Shown: positions 19,110-26,460 of the stretch, piece by piece
How positions within the stretch are numbered: the first letter of the stretch is position 1
How the letters are laid out: each line of letters begins with the position of its first letter
Origin: a virus
IMG/VR virus record: IMGVR_UViG_3300028400_000003
Location: 1 to 64,000 of that record
Length of the DNA stretch: 64,000 bases
Direction: 5' to 3' (one strand)
Notes under the pieces: generated by a model
Told to the model about the DNA's origin: nothing
What the model saw: the letters and a program-made list of their open reading frames with translations, nothing else
Databases searched by the model: none
Made by a program: the position numbers and the translations under genes

Positions 19110-19494
19110 AAAGCACATCTGGGCCTATGCACAAAACAAGCCCTCGCTTGTAGCCGATGACCTAGAGACCTACGGCGTTCCGCGTGAGGCGGTACATGCT
19201 GCCCTCCTGCGGCGTGGCGTTTACAAGTGGCTTGCGGTTAGGCGTGACCTGATCCGTTACAAGGACGTGCTGAAACGAGAGATCAGGGGCTTGAACGAAC
19301 ATATCCGGACGCTGCCACGCAAGTCGGTTGAGCGTAGGGTGATGGCCGCGAGGCTAAAAGCCCTTGAAGAGGTGCGTGCGGCCATTCGCCAGATGACGCA
19401 CTCGGAGCGCTGGCGAGCGCCGGACAACGACCGTGAGGCCGCGCGGTTGCTGGTGATCTGGGATGATGAAGCCAAACCAGAGGTAAGACCATGA
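19087..19494 (+). CDS. conserved phage hypothetical protein
   Basis: RGVYKWLAVRRDLI...HSERW.APD.D. Confidence 0.6.
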   Translation: MAVEHPSKKHIWAYAQNKPSLVADDLETYGVPREAVHAALLRRGVYKWLAVRRDLIRYKDVLKREIRGLNEHIRTLPRKSVERRVMAARLKALEEVRAAIRQMTHSERWRAPDNDREAARLLVIWDDEAKPEVRP

Positions 19495-19814
19495 CCTACT
19501 TGATTGTGGCCTACAAGGCGGTTCCAAGGAGCAGGCGACCCCATGACCACTTTAAGGTTGAGGACATGGCCAAGCGCTTTCCAGGTGTACGTAACGGTTG
19601 GGCTACGGTGATTGCCAGGCGCAAAGATATTCCGGATGCAGCGGAGCTGCTATGGTTGAACCAACCGCTCGTCAGCCCCGAAGATCCTGGGAAGCTACAT
19701 GCCGGTTTCGGGGAAGCGGCATACCTGGTCCGTGGATGCGATGCATGGTTGGTGTGGTATCGGATGGCCGGCGAAAAGGAGGGGCGCTGGGTTCGCAGAC
19801 CTGGTGATGTATAA
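19491..19814 (+). CDS. hypothetical protein
   Basis: GAGGT RBS, coupling. Confidence 0.5.
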   Translation: MTYLIVAYKAVPRSRRPHDHFKVEDMAKRFPGVRNGWATVIARRKDIPDAAELLWLNQPLVSPEDPGKLHAGFGEAAYLVRGCDAWLVWYRMAGEKEGRWVRRPGDV

Positions 19815-19817
19815 GGC

Positions 19818-19862
19818 TTGACAAGTAGCGTAGTGCAATATATAATAAATCAAGGAGGTAGG
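19818..19862 (+). promoter_or_regulatory. promoter+RBS cassette
   Basis: TTGACA-17-TATAAT, AGGAGGTAGG. Confidence 0.88.
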
Positions 19863-19863
19863 T

Positions 19864-20304
19864 ATGCGTGAACAAGCAGAATTAAAGGCCTACAAGCGCG
19901 TCGTTCATGGGGACATGCTGGCCGTCACCCGCGCTTACAGCAACGGTGTCTTCGGCGTGGTGAGCAACCTGGTTGGCATGATCGAGCAGGGCGAAAACCC
20001 GCTGGCCGCGCTGGTCTCCTTCGTGGCCTCGCTTGAGCCTGGATACGCCGCTCGCAACCAGATTGGGCTCACGCTTATGGACAGCAATACGTGGCCGGGG
20101 ACAAGCGTGACCTTTCGGGATGGCGGGCATGTGCTCGATGTTCGGGTAGGCACCAACCACAAAGCCTTCAAGCTTAGCGGGGCGGCGCGTAAGGTGGTCA
20201 ATCGCTTGCTCCTTGCGGGCGACCTGATCGTTGGGGCTGCTCGGAGCGGGGCGCTCATGGCGACGCTCAAGGAGGAGACCCTTTACGGGGTTTTGTCTGA
20301 GTAG
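19864..20304 (+). CDS. early hypothetical protein
   Basis: After the cassette. Confidence 0.6.
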   Translation: MREQAELKAYKRVVHGDMLAVTRAYSNGVFGVVSNLVGMIEQGENPLAALVSFVASLEPGYAARNQIGLTLMDSNTWPGTSVTFRDGGHVLDVRVGTNHKAFKLSGAARKVVNRLLLAGDLIVGAARSGALMATLKEETLYGVLSE

Positions 20305-20307
20305 ATC

Positions 20308-20907
20308 GTGGAGGATGAAATGAAGACCAACACCAGGGTTCCTAGCTTAGACCGGGCGGCTGAAATACAAAAGGCGTTGTGGGATGCCTATCAGGCCAAC
20401 CTTGCGCTTCGCAGAACGGCCAACAACTGGGGCGGGTACGGTGAGCTTGAAGGCTATGATGACAAGGTAGGTGACTGCGTGGGCCTTGTGGCCGAAATGG
20501 AGCAGAAGTTCCGTGAAAGTGGCCTGCTTACCTGCAAGGAGCGCATAGATGGCGACGGTATTCTGCTCAGGCCGTTCCTCATAGCAGACCTTGAGGATGA
20601 GTTTGCACCTACTACGCCGGGTAAGGCTATGATCGGATGCTTTGCCTATGACGACCTACCCGAGTGGTTCAGGAAAATCGTGGATGACCGGCTAGGTCCT
20701 GAAGAGCTTAAGCGCGGCGATGGAATCGAGGTCTGCGTCATGCTGGATTACGAGAATGCCCGCACGGACATCTACGTCGAGGCTTCCGGCAACAACGGAA
20801 TCATCGCTGGTATTAGCTGGATAGCTTACGGCGCGGCTTCGCCGCTGGAGCTTGCTCAGGCTATGGCAGCTGACGTAAGCCTCGCCCTGGTCCTGCTTGG
20901 CCGATAG
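20308..20907 (+). CDS. hypothetical protein
   Basis: 199-aa ORF. Confidence 0.55.
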   Translation: MEDEMKTNTRVPSLDRAAEIQKALWDAYQANLALRRTANNWGGYGELEGYDDKVGDCVGLVAEMEQKFRESGLLTCKERIDGDGILLRPFLIADLEDEFAPTTPGKAMIGCFAYDDLPEWFRKIVDDRLGPEELKRGDGIEVCVMLDYENARTDIYVEASGNNGIIAGISWIAYGAASPLELAQAMAADVSLALVLLGR

Positions 20908-20935
20908 TTTCGTGCTGGAGCGGTATCATGGTAGC

Positions 20936-22051
20936 GTGACTGATGACCAGTACCGCATTCTCGCAGCTAGGTTCCTACAGGAGGCGATGTACACCAAGAA
21001 TAAGCGGACTGGGTACCGTAGCTTCAGGGCGTGGTTAAAGAACAATGGCTATCCGGCCCCCGGTACTGATCGGGGGTTGCGCATTTTGAAGAGCTTAAAG
21101 GCTGCTCGTATTCGCACCAACACATGGGAGAGCCCCGGCCCCGATGGACCGGTACAACTGAACCAGGTACGTATTGATTGGGATAGCGTCGAGTCTGATC
21201 TACGGGCCTCGATCCTCGACTTTATACGCAGGGAGGTTGAACCGGTTAGGATTAAACCGGCAAGGCTTGGAAACAAGTTGGGCGTTCTGTCCATACCCGA
21301 TATTCACGTCGGGAAACTGGCATGGGGTGATGAGGTAGGCAGTAGCTATGATACCAAGATCGCGGTAGCCGTTTACAGGGATGCAGCTTCACACCTGATA
21401 GGCGAGTTGCGGCGCAACGATGTAGGAGAGGTGGTCTATGTCGTTGGAAACGACCTGCTACACGTAGATGGCTTTGACAATGCCACTACCGCAGGCACCC
21501 CGCAGGATACCGACACCAGGTTCCAGAAAGCTTTTTTACGGGCCAAGGACATGATCGTGGCCACGGCTTGCGCCCTAGCCGAGTTTGCTCACGTTCACCT
21601 TGTGGTTCAGCCTGGAAACCATGACCGTATTCTTTCGTGGACCCTAGGCGAGGTGCTGGCCGCCTACTTCAAGGACTCGAAGGCGGTGAAGGTTGACAAT
21701 GCACCTGCCTATCGCCGGTACGTGCAAAAGGGGCGCATCTTGTTCGGCATCACTCACGGTGACAAGGTGAAACCAACCGACCTTCCCTCGATCATGGCCA
21801 CGGAGGCCCCGGACAGCTGGGGGAGTACGGTGTACCGCGAGTGGTTTCTTGGGCACCGCCACCGCAAGCAGGAGTTTACGACGTTGAGCATAACCGAACA
21901 GGGCGGCGTTCGCATTCGCTTCCTCCCAAGCTTGGCCGGTCAGGACCGCTGGCATTTCGAGCGCGGATACTACAACGTGCGTTCGGCCGAGGCTCACGTC
22001 TACGCTCCTGAAAAGGGGCACCAGCTGATGAGCTTCTACTACCATCTTTAG
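20936..22051 (+). CDS. calcineurin-like metallophosphoesterase
   Basis: DIHVGK, GNDLLH.D, GNHD, THGD, GHRH; likely leaderless GTG 6 nt after TATCAT. Confidence 0.8.
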   Translation: MTDDQYRILAARFLQEAMYTKNKRTGYRSFRAWLKNNGYPAPGTDRGLRILKSLKAARIRTNTWESPGPDGPVQLNQVRIDWDSVESDLRASILDFIRREVEPVRIKPARLGNKLGVLSIPDIHVGKLAWGDEVGSSYDTKIAVAVYRDAASHLIGELRRNDVGEVVYVVGNDLLHVDGFDNATTAGTPQDTDTRFQKAFLRAKDMIVATACALAEFAHVHLVVQPGNHDRILSWTLGEVLAAYFKDSKAVKVDNAPAYRRYVQKGRILFGITHGDKVKPTDLPSIMATEAPDSWGSTVYREWFLGHRHRKQEFTTLSITEQGGVRIRFLPSLAGQDRWHFERGYYNVRSAEAHVYAPEKGHQLMSFYYHL

Positions 22052-22178
22052 GCGGTATTGACAAAGCTATTACCTTTGTGTCGTTTTTACTCCTACCATA
22101 AATGCGTCTGTGGCCCTATTGTTTATGTTTGTATATTGACAAATGGCGAGCGCGTTAATAGTTTGTTGATTATTGCCC

Positions 22179-22207
22179 TTGACTTATTTATGCTGGCACG
22201 CTATACT
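22179..22207 (+). promoter_or_regulatory. tmRNA promoter
   Basis: TTGACT-17-TATACT. Confidence 0.75.
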
Positions 22208-22248
22208 GCGAGTAGGCGGTGAGGTTCAAGCCCAAGCCGCCGAAAACT

Positions 22249-22567
22249 GGGGGCGAACAGGGTTCGACGGAGCAGAAGGTAGCCGTGGCGCGGGGGCGAG
22301 GTGCCGGAGGCCTCGTAAAACACCGGCAAGCTGTAACTGGCAACGACACTTTTCTCGCCGCTGCTTAGCAAAGTCTAGGCAGCCGGGTCAGCGTCAGACC
22401 TGGGAACAGAAATGACGCCCTCGTGCAAGATGCCTACCTCCAAGGGTATACCGCTACCCGCTCGCACGGGCAAAAGGCGGTGTTAGTACGGCGTGTTCAT
22501 ACCCCCAACGAGTAGCGCCACGCCTACCCTGTTTCGGACGCGGGTTCAATACCCGCCGCCTCCACCA
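22249..22567 (+). ncRNA. ssrA: tmRNA
   Basis: 5' GGGGGCGAA..GGTTCGAC; 3' T-arm GCGGGTTCAATACCCGC-CGCCTCCACCA with G3:U70; tag ORF 22339-22368 GNDTFLAAA* after TAACT. Confidence 0.93.
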
Positions 22568-22570
22568 CTC

Positions 22571-22594
22571 GGGCCGCCTTCGGGCGGCCCTTTG
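22571..22594 (+). terminator. intrinsic terminator
   Basis: GGGCCGCC-TTCG-GGCGGCCC-TTTG. Confidence 0.8.
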
Positions 22595-22607
22595 CTTGTG
22601 TCAACAC

Positions 22608-22636
22608 TTGACAAAAATAGTAGGGTCATATATAAT
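22608..22636 (+). promoter_or_regulatory. tRNA-cluster promoter
   Basis: TTGACA-17-TATAAT. Confidence 0.85.
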
Positions 22637-22684
22637 ACAGCTGGCAGCCGCAGGCGGCCGGTGGAGCTTGAAAACCTAGATCGT

Positions 22685-22760
22685 ATAGGGGTGGCGCAAT
22701 TGGTAGCGCACCGGCTTTGGGAGCCGGGGGTTGCGGGTTCAAGCCCCGCCCCCTATACCA
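22685..22760 (+). tRNA. trnP: tRNA-Pro(TGG)
   Basis: Cloverleaf, anticodon loop TTTGGGA, encoded CCA; A1:U72. Confidence 0.9.
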
Positions 22761-22763
22761 TAT

Positions 22764-22806
22764 GGGCGGCATGGATGCAAGCTGGGTTCAAGCCCCAGCC
22801 CGCCCA
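22764..22806 (+). ncRNA. tRNA minihelix-like element (acceptor-like stem + T arm only)
   Basis: GGGCGG/CCGCCC stacked on GCTGGG-TTCAAGC-CCCAGC. Confidence 0.5.
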
Positions 22807-22810
22807 AGAG

Positions 22811-22994
22811 CGCGGGAGTTGCACCATGATGCGCAGAGCAGCCGATGGAAGGTGCAACAGGTTGCCGCCGAAGGCGGGGTCGGCGGTGGAAACAATGGAG
22901 CGGGTTTGGGAAGATGCGGCCAGCTACGCTGACCAACGCATCGGCCCGAGCGTAGGGGAACCCGCAGGGGCTACGGTAGGTGGGGACCGTAGCT
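22811..22994 (+). ncRNA. structured non-coding element A (two stem/AGGYGGGG-hairpin units)
   Basis: Four stems; linkers and loops are shared with element B while the stem sequences differ. Confidence 0.65.
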
Positions 22995-23000
22995 GTTTAT

Positions 23001-23076
23001 GGGCGCGTAGCTCCAACGGGAGAGCGGCCGGTTTGCACCCGGCAGGTTGCAGGTTCAAATCCTGTCGCGTCCACCA
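23001..23076 (+). tRNA. trnA: tRNA-Ala(TGC)
   Basis: Cloverleaf, G3:U70, CCA. Confidence 0.93.
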
Positions 23077-23079
23077 TGC

Positions 23080-23169
23080 GGTGGGGTGGCGGAGCCAGGT
23101 TTAACGCACCCGGTTGCTAGCCGGGCGGTCTGAAAAGGCCCGTAGGTTCAAATCCTACTCCCACCGCCA
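23080..23169 (+). tRNA. trnS: tRNA-Ser(GCT)
   Basis: Long variable arm, G73, CCA. Confidence 0.9.
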
Positions 23170-23172
23170 GAT

Positions 23173-23250
23173 GCCAGCGTAGCCCAATCAGGCAGAGGCA
23201 CCCGGCTTAGGACCGGGGTAGTGCAGGTTCAAGTCCTGCCGCTGGCACCA
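23173..23250 (+). tRNA. trnL: tRNA-Leu(TAG), short variable loop
   Basis: Anticodon loop CTTAGGA, A73, CCA. Confidence 0.85.
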
Positions 23251-23251
23251 T

Positions 23252-23326
23252 GCCCGGTTAGCTCAACGGTAGAGCGTTCGCCTTGTAAGCGAGGGGCTGG
23301 GGGTTCAAATCCCTCACCGGGCTCCA
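23252..23326 (+). tRNA. trnT: tRNA-Thr(TGT)
   Basis: Cloverleaf, U73, CCA. Confidence 0.92.
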
Positions 23327-23329
23327 GAG

Positions 23330-23536
23330 GGGCGTCTGCACGACGCATGCGGCCTGGCGCGGGCGGGGCGGGCCGTCGCGGGAGCCTGTTCGGAGCCGGA
23401 GGGCTGCACTAGATCATGGGAACAGGCAGGCTGCACCGGAGGTGGGGCCGGTGTGGAAGCGGAGCAGACCTAGTAGGCTTCATGCCTGCGGAGCGTAGGT
23501 GGGGTCTGCACATCATGATCGGCGGGGGTCATGATG
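23330..23536 (+). ncRNA. structured non-coding element B (three units), paralog of A
   Basis: Same linker and loop order as A, with compensatory stems. Confidence 0.65.
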
Positions 23537-23542
23537 ACTCGA

Positions 23543-23618
23543 TGGCCGGTAGTTCAAATGGCAGAACAACGGACTTTGGATCCGTGGGTTGCAGGTTCGA
23601 GTCCTGCCCGGCCAGCCA
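23543..23618 (+). tRNA. trnQ: tRNA-Gln(TTG)
   Basis: U1:A72, G73, loop CTTTGGA, CCA. Confidence 0.92.
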
Positions 23619-23621
23619 GAC

Positions 23622-23708
23622 GGAGGGGTCGCCAGTAGGTGCGGCAACCGGTCTTGAAAACCGGGGCGGGTAACACCGTTGCAGGTTCGAGTCCTGTCCC
23701 CTCCGCCA
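23622..23708 (+). tRNA. trnS: tRNA-Ser(TGA)
   Basis: Long variable arm, G73, CCA. Confidence 0.9.
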
Positions 23709-23711
23709 TAT

Positions 23712-23786
23712 GGCCCTGTCGTCTAATGGACAGGACATCTGCCTACGGAGCAGAAGATCGGGGTTCGAGTCCCTGCGGGGCCGCCA
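23712..23786 (+). tRNA. trnR: tRNA-Arg(ACG)
   Basis: Loop CTACGGA, CCA. Confidence 0.9.
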
Positions 23787-23806
23787 GAAAGAAAGGGGCG
23801 ACCGGT

Positions 23807-23986
23807 GTGGAAAGACCTTATTGCCTTCTCGTTGATAACTTTGTGACCGCCTGTGGAAAGTACAGGTTTGCCATCGTTGACTTCCCCTACGTCGCAAGAA
23901 CACTCGATGAGGTCACATGCGAAGAGTGCAAACGCTCCAAGGAATACCAGAAGTTGGTAGACATGGCCCCGTCGTCTAATGGATAG
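23807..23986 (+). CDS. small Cys-containing protein between tRNAs
   Basis: GAAAGGGG RBS; TACG...VTCEEC; stop lies inside tRNA-Arg(TCT). Confidence 0.5.
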   Translation: MERPYCLLVDNFVTACGKYRFAIVDFPYVARTLDEVTCEECKRSKEYQKLVDMAPSSNG

Positions 23987-24039
23987 GGCAGCGGGCTTCT
24001 AACCCGCCTGTGCAGGTTCGAGTCCTGCCGGGGTCACCA
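23965..24039 (+). tRNA. trnR: tRNA-Arg(TCT)
   Basis: Loop CTTCTAA, CCA. Confidence 0.92.
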
Positions 24040-24051
24040 GAAGGAGGGACG

Positions 24052-24522
24052 ATGACGAGGGAGATATGCAAGGCGTGCGGTCGGGTCAGTCGCGTAGGGT
24101 TCAGCGTCCCGGATGACCTTTGGGCCGAGGTGGTGCCCGAGGTCTATCGCGATAACGTCGTGTGCCTGGCGTGCTTCACGGAATGGGCTGATGAGTCGTT
24201 GAGGCCCTGGGACGAGAAGATCGAACTTTACCCGGTTTCCTTGAAGACGCTTCTATCCTATGAACAATCTGGCATAGTGGATACCCCAGAAGTAGGGCTG
24301 CGGCGCTTGCTCGACGAACTTGTTAGTCAGGGGCGCATCCTCAAGGCCACCTTTAATAGAATGCAACAACGCTACTGGAATGTTGTCCTTGAGGTTGACG
24401 AGGAACAGTACTACAAGGCAGGCTTCCGGCTTGGCATCATTTCCGAAATAACCGAAAAGATAGACCGGCAGTATGGAATCTACACGAACATCACCATGCA
24501 TCCAAAACGGGTGGAAACATGA
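24052..24522 (+). CDS. Zn-finger hypothetical protein
   Basis: CKACG...F.VPD.LW...CLACF. Confidence 0.55.
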   Translation: MTREICKACGRVSRVGFSVPDDLWAEVVPEVYRDNVVCLACFTEWADESLRPWDEKIELYPVSLKTLLSYEQSGIVDTPEVGLRRLLDELVSQGRILKATFNRMQQRYWNVVLEVDEEQYYKAGFRLGIISEITEKIDRQYGIYTNITMHPKRVET

Positions 24523-25178
24523 AACGGGCGCTTCGTAAGCATCATAGAACTTACCATCTTCCTTGGAGCGAAGGCGCGTCACGGGACGATCTGATTGTGC
24601 CAAGCGACGATCATTTTACCGGCCTGCCAGTCGTGGTAACGGAGAAGATGGACGGCGAAAACACATCACTCTACCGCCACACCGTACACGCGAGGTCGGT
24701 AAACAGCGGCCACCATCCATCTAGGGCATGGATCAAGGGCTTCTGGGCGAAGATCGCCCATGCCATACCGGACGGCCTGATCATTCGCGGCGAAAACCTT
24801 TATGCAACGCATTCCATCTACTACGCCGATCTACCAAGCTACTTCATGGGGTTCGCCGTCGAAACCGCAGAGGGGCTTGTGTGGTCATGGAGAAGGACCG
24901 TTGAGTTGTTTGAAGCGCTTGGCATCGAGCCGGTTCCGGTGATATATGAAGGGCTATACAATCGCGACGTGATACACCGGGCGGCTATGGAATATTTCGC
25001 CAAGACTGGCGGCCTTGATCGTCATGAGGGGTACGTCGTTCGGGTGAGCGGTGGATACCTAGCCTCAAAGCATAAGACGAGGATCAATAAATGGGTTCGC
25101 AAAGACCATGTGACCACGGACGGGCATTGGATGCATGGTAAGTTAGTGGTAAATGGGTTGGCAAAGGAGAGGGGGTAG
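24519..25178 (+). CDS. RNA ligase (Rnl2-like nucleotidyltransferase domain)
   Basis: TEKMDGEN, GENLYA.HSI.Y, EGYVVR, KWVR. Confidence 0.88.
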   Translation: MKRALRKHHRTYHLPWSEGASRDDLIVPSDDHFTGLPVVVTEKMDGENTSLYRHTVHARSVNSGHHPSRAWIKGFWAKIAHAIPDGLIIRGENLYATHSIYYADLPSYFMGFAVETAEGLVWSWRRTVELFEALGIEPVPVIYEGLYNRDVIHRAAMEYFAKTGGLDRHEGYVVRVSGGYLASKHKTRINKWVRKDHVTTDGHWMHGKLVVNGLAKERG

Positions 25179-25180
25179 GA

Positions 25181-25402
25181 GTGCGGCGAAGACGTAGAGG
25201 TCTAGCGGCAAGGAAGGCCAAGCAGGTGGCCAAGACGCTTATTGGCGGCATGTTAGGTACGGCCTTCGGGGCCGTGATGCTCCCATTGGAGGCGCTTCAT
25301 CGGGCCGAAACCGGCTTGACGGATGAACCCTATCTAGTCGAGGAGGGCTTAGGCAACTTGTTTGGCGGCCTCGTGGAAACCATGTTTGACTGGGAGGAGT
25401 AG
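25181..25402 (+). CDS. hypothetical protein
   Basis: RBS, operon packing. Confidence 0.45.
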   Translation: MRRRRRGLAARKAKQVAKTLIGGMLGTAFGAVMLPLEALHRAETGLTDEPYLVEEGLGNLFGGLVETMFDWEE

Positions 25403-25411
25403 GAGGATACG

Positions 25412-25678
25412 ATGACCAAGAAGGAGATGCAGAAACGCATTAACACCCTGGAAGAAGAGGTGGCCTTTCTGCGGGAGCTAGTGCGTATGCTGACGCATGG
25501 ACAGATGCCACAAACCCCAACCTATCCCACGCCTACGCCCTGGCAGCCGCTACCCAGACGAACGAATCCGGTATGGCCGCAACTCCCGTGGGACATCTGG
25601 GTTGGCGATAATACAGGCGGTAAGCCGAAGCACTGGAGCAGTAGCGCTAGCGGGGTTGAAGTCAGCGCCTTTCACTAG
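25412..25678 (+). CDS. hypothetical protein (coiled coil + Pro-rich)
   Basis: AGGAGG RBS. Confidence 0.5.
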   Translation: MTKKEMQKRINTLEEEVAFLRELVRMLTHGQMPQTPTYPTPTPWQPLPRRTNPVWPQLPWDIWVGDNTGGKPKHWSSSASGVEVSAFH

Positions 25679-25790
25679 TAGAATGGTCTTACATCCCCCT
25701 CGACGCTGCGGCGTTGAGGTGCACCCCCGCCGAACCGTCACCGTAGGTGGCTTGCCGAAGGGCTAGGCGGGGGTTGCGTTATGATCAGGT

Positions 25791-26345
25791 ATGAAACCCT
25801 TACGCGATGGAAAGATTGTAGGCGTTGATCCAGGCACGGGTAAGGTTCACGTGGCTGTCCTGCGAGTATCGGATGGCCGGCTTTACTATGAAACCAGTGG
25901 CTCCTACGGGGTAGGCGACCTTGAACCGGTCAAGGAGCTGCTAAGCACGGCCAAGAGGTTGGTTGTAGAGAAACCCGGCGGTACCCTGTACGGAAAGGTG
26001 CGCTACGATCACCTGGTAATGATCAGCGTCAACGCAGGCCGCGTGTTCCAAATGGGCATAGACCAGGGGCTCGAGTCCCGCCTGGTAAACGCGCATGGTC
26101 CTGGAGGCTGGCGGCCCGCATTGCTTAAGAGCGGAAAGGGCTACCGTCGAAAGGGGCAAGAGGTAGCGGAGCTTGAGGCCCTGCTGCCTTACCTGATCCG
26201 TGAGCTACCGCTTCGCAATGGTAGGTTGAAGGGGGTGGTGAGTGAGCACCAGCGGGACGCCTTGGGCATAGCCGTGGCGGGCGCGTTGGGGCTTAACCCG
26301 CTACCCCGTAGAGGCAAGCAGCGCCGTGGACCCATAGCTCAATAG
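25791..26345 (+). CDS. RuvC-like Holliday junction resolvase
   Basis: IVGVDPG, VVEKP, H.RDALGIA. Confidence 0.75.
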   Translation: MKPLRDGKIVGVDPGTGKVHVAVLRVSDGRLYYETSGSYGVGDLEPVKELLSTAKRLVVEKPGGTLYGKVRYDHLVMISVNAGRVFQMGIDQGLESRLVNAHGPGGWRPALLKSGKGYRRKGQEVAELEALLPYLIRELPLRNGRLKGVVSEHQRDALGIAVAGALGLNPLPRRGKQRRGPIAQ

Positions 26346-26404
26346 GTTAGAGCACCCGGCTCATAACCGGTAGGTTGCAGGTTCAAGTCCTGCTGGGTCC
26401 ACCA
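26328..26404 (+). tRNA. tRNA-CAT, probably Ile2 (lysidine type) rather than Met
   Basis: GGACCCA acceptor, CCGG-CTCATAA-CCGG arm, not initiator-like; CCA. Confidence 0.85.
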
Positions 26405-26460
26405 TTTTACACCGGTGCCTAGTTGAAAATTTGACTAGGCACATATTTAGCCGCATGCCC

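Noticed and set aside
23080-23250. Amber suppressor tRNA (CTA/TAG in anticodon loops)
   Set aside because: Centred 7-nt loops give GCT (Ser) and TAG (Leu), not CTA, and TAG is used as a normal stop in many genes.
22811-23536. CRISPR array interpretation of the repeated hairpins
   Set aside because: No identical direct repeats with regular unique spacers; the conservation is structural.
22173-23903. ORFs in the ORF track across the tmRNA/tRNA cluster
   Set aside because: They overlap clear RNA genes and give low-complexity translations.
25721-25777. SRP RNA
   Set aside because: Lacks the conserved CAGG...GGAA...AGCAG helix-8 motif.
26328-26404. attP/prophage boundary at a tRNA
   Set aside because: No integrase, no duplicated tRNA 3' end, and phage-type genes on both sides.
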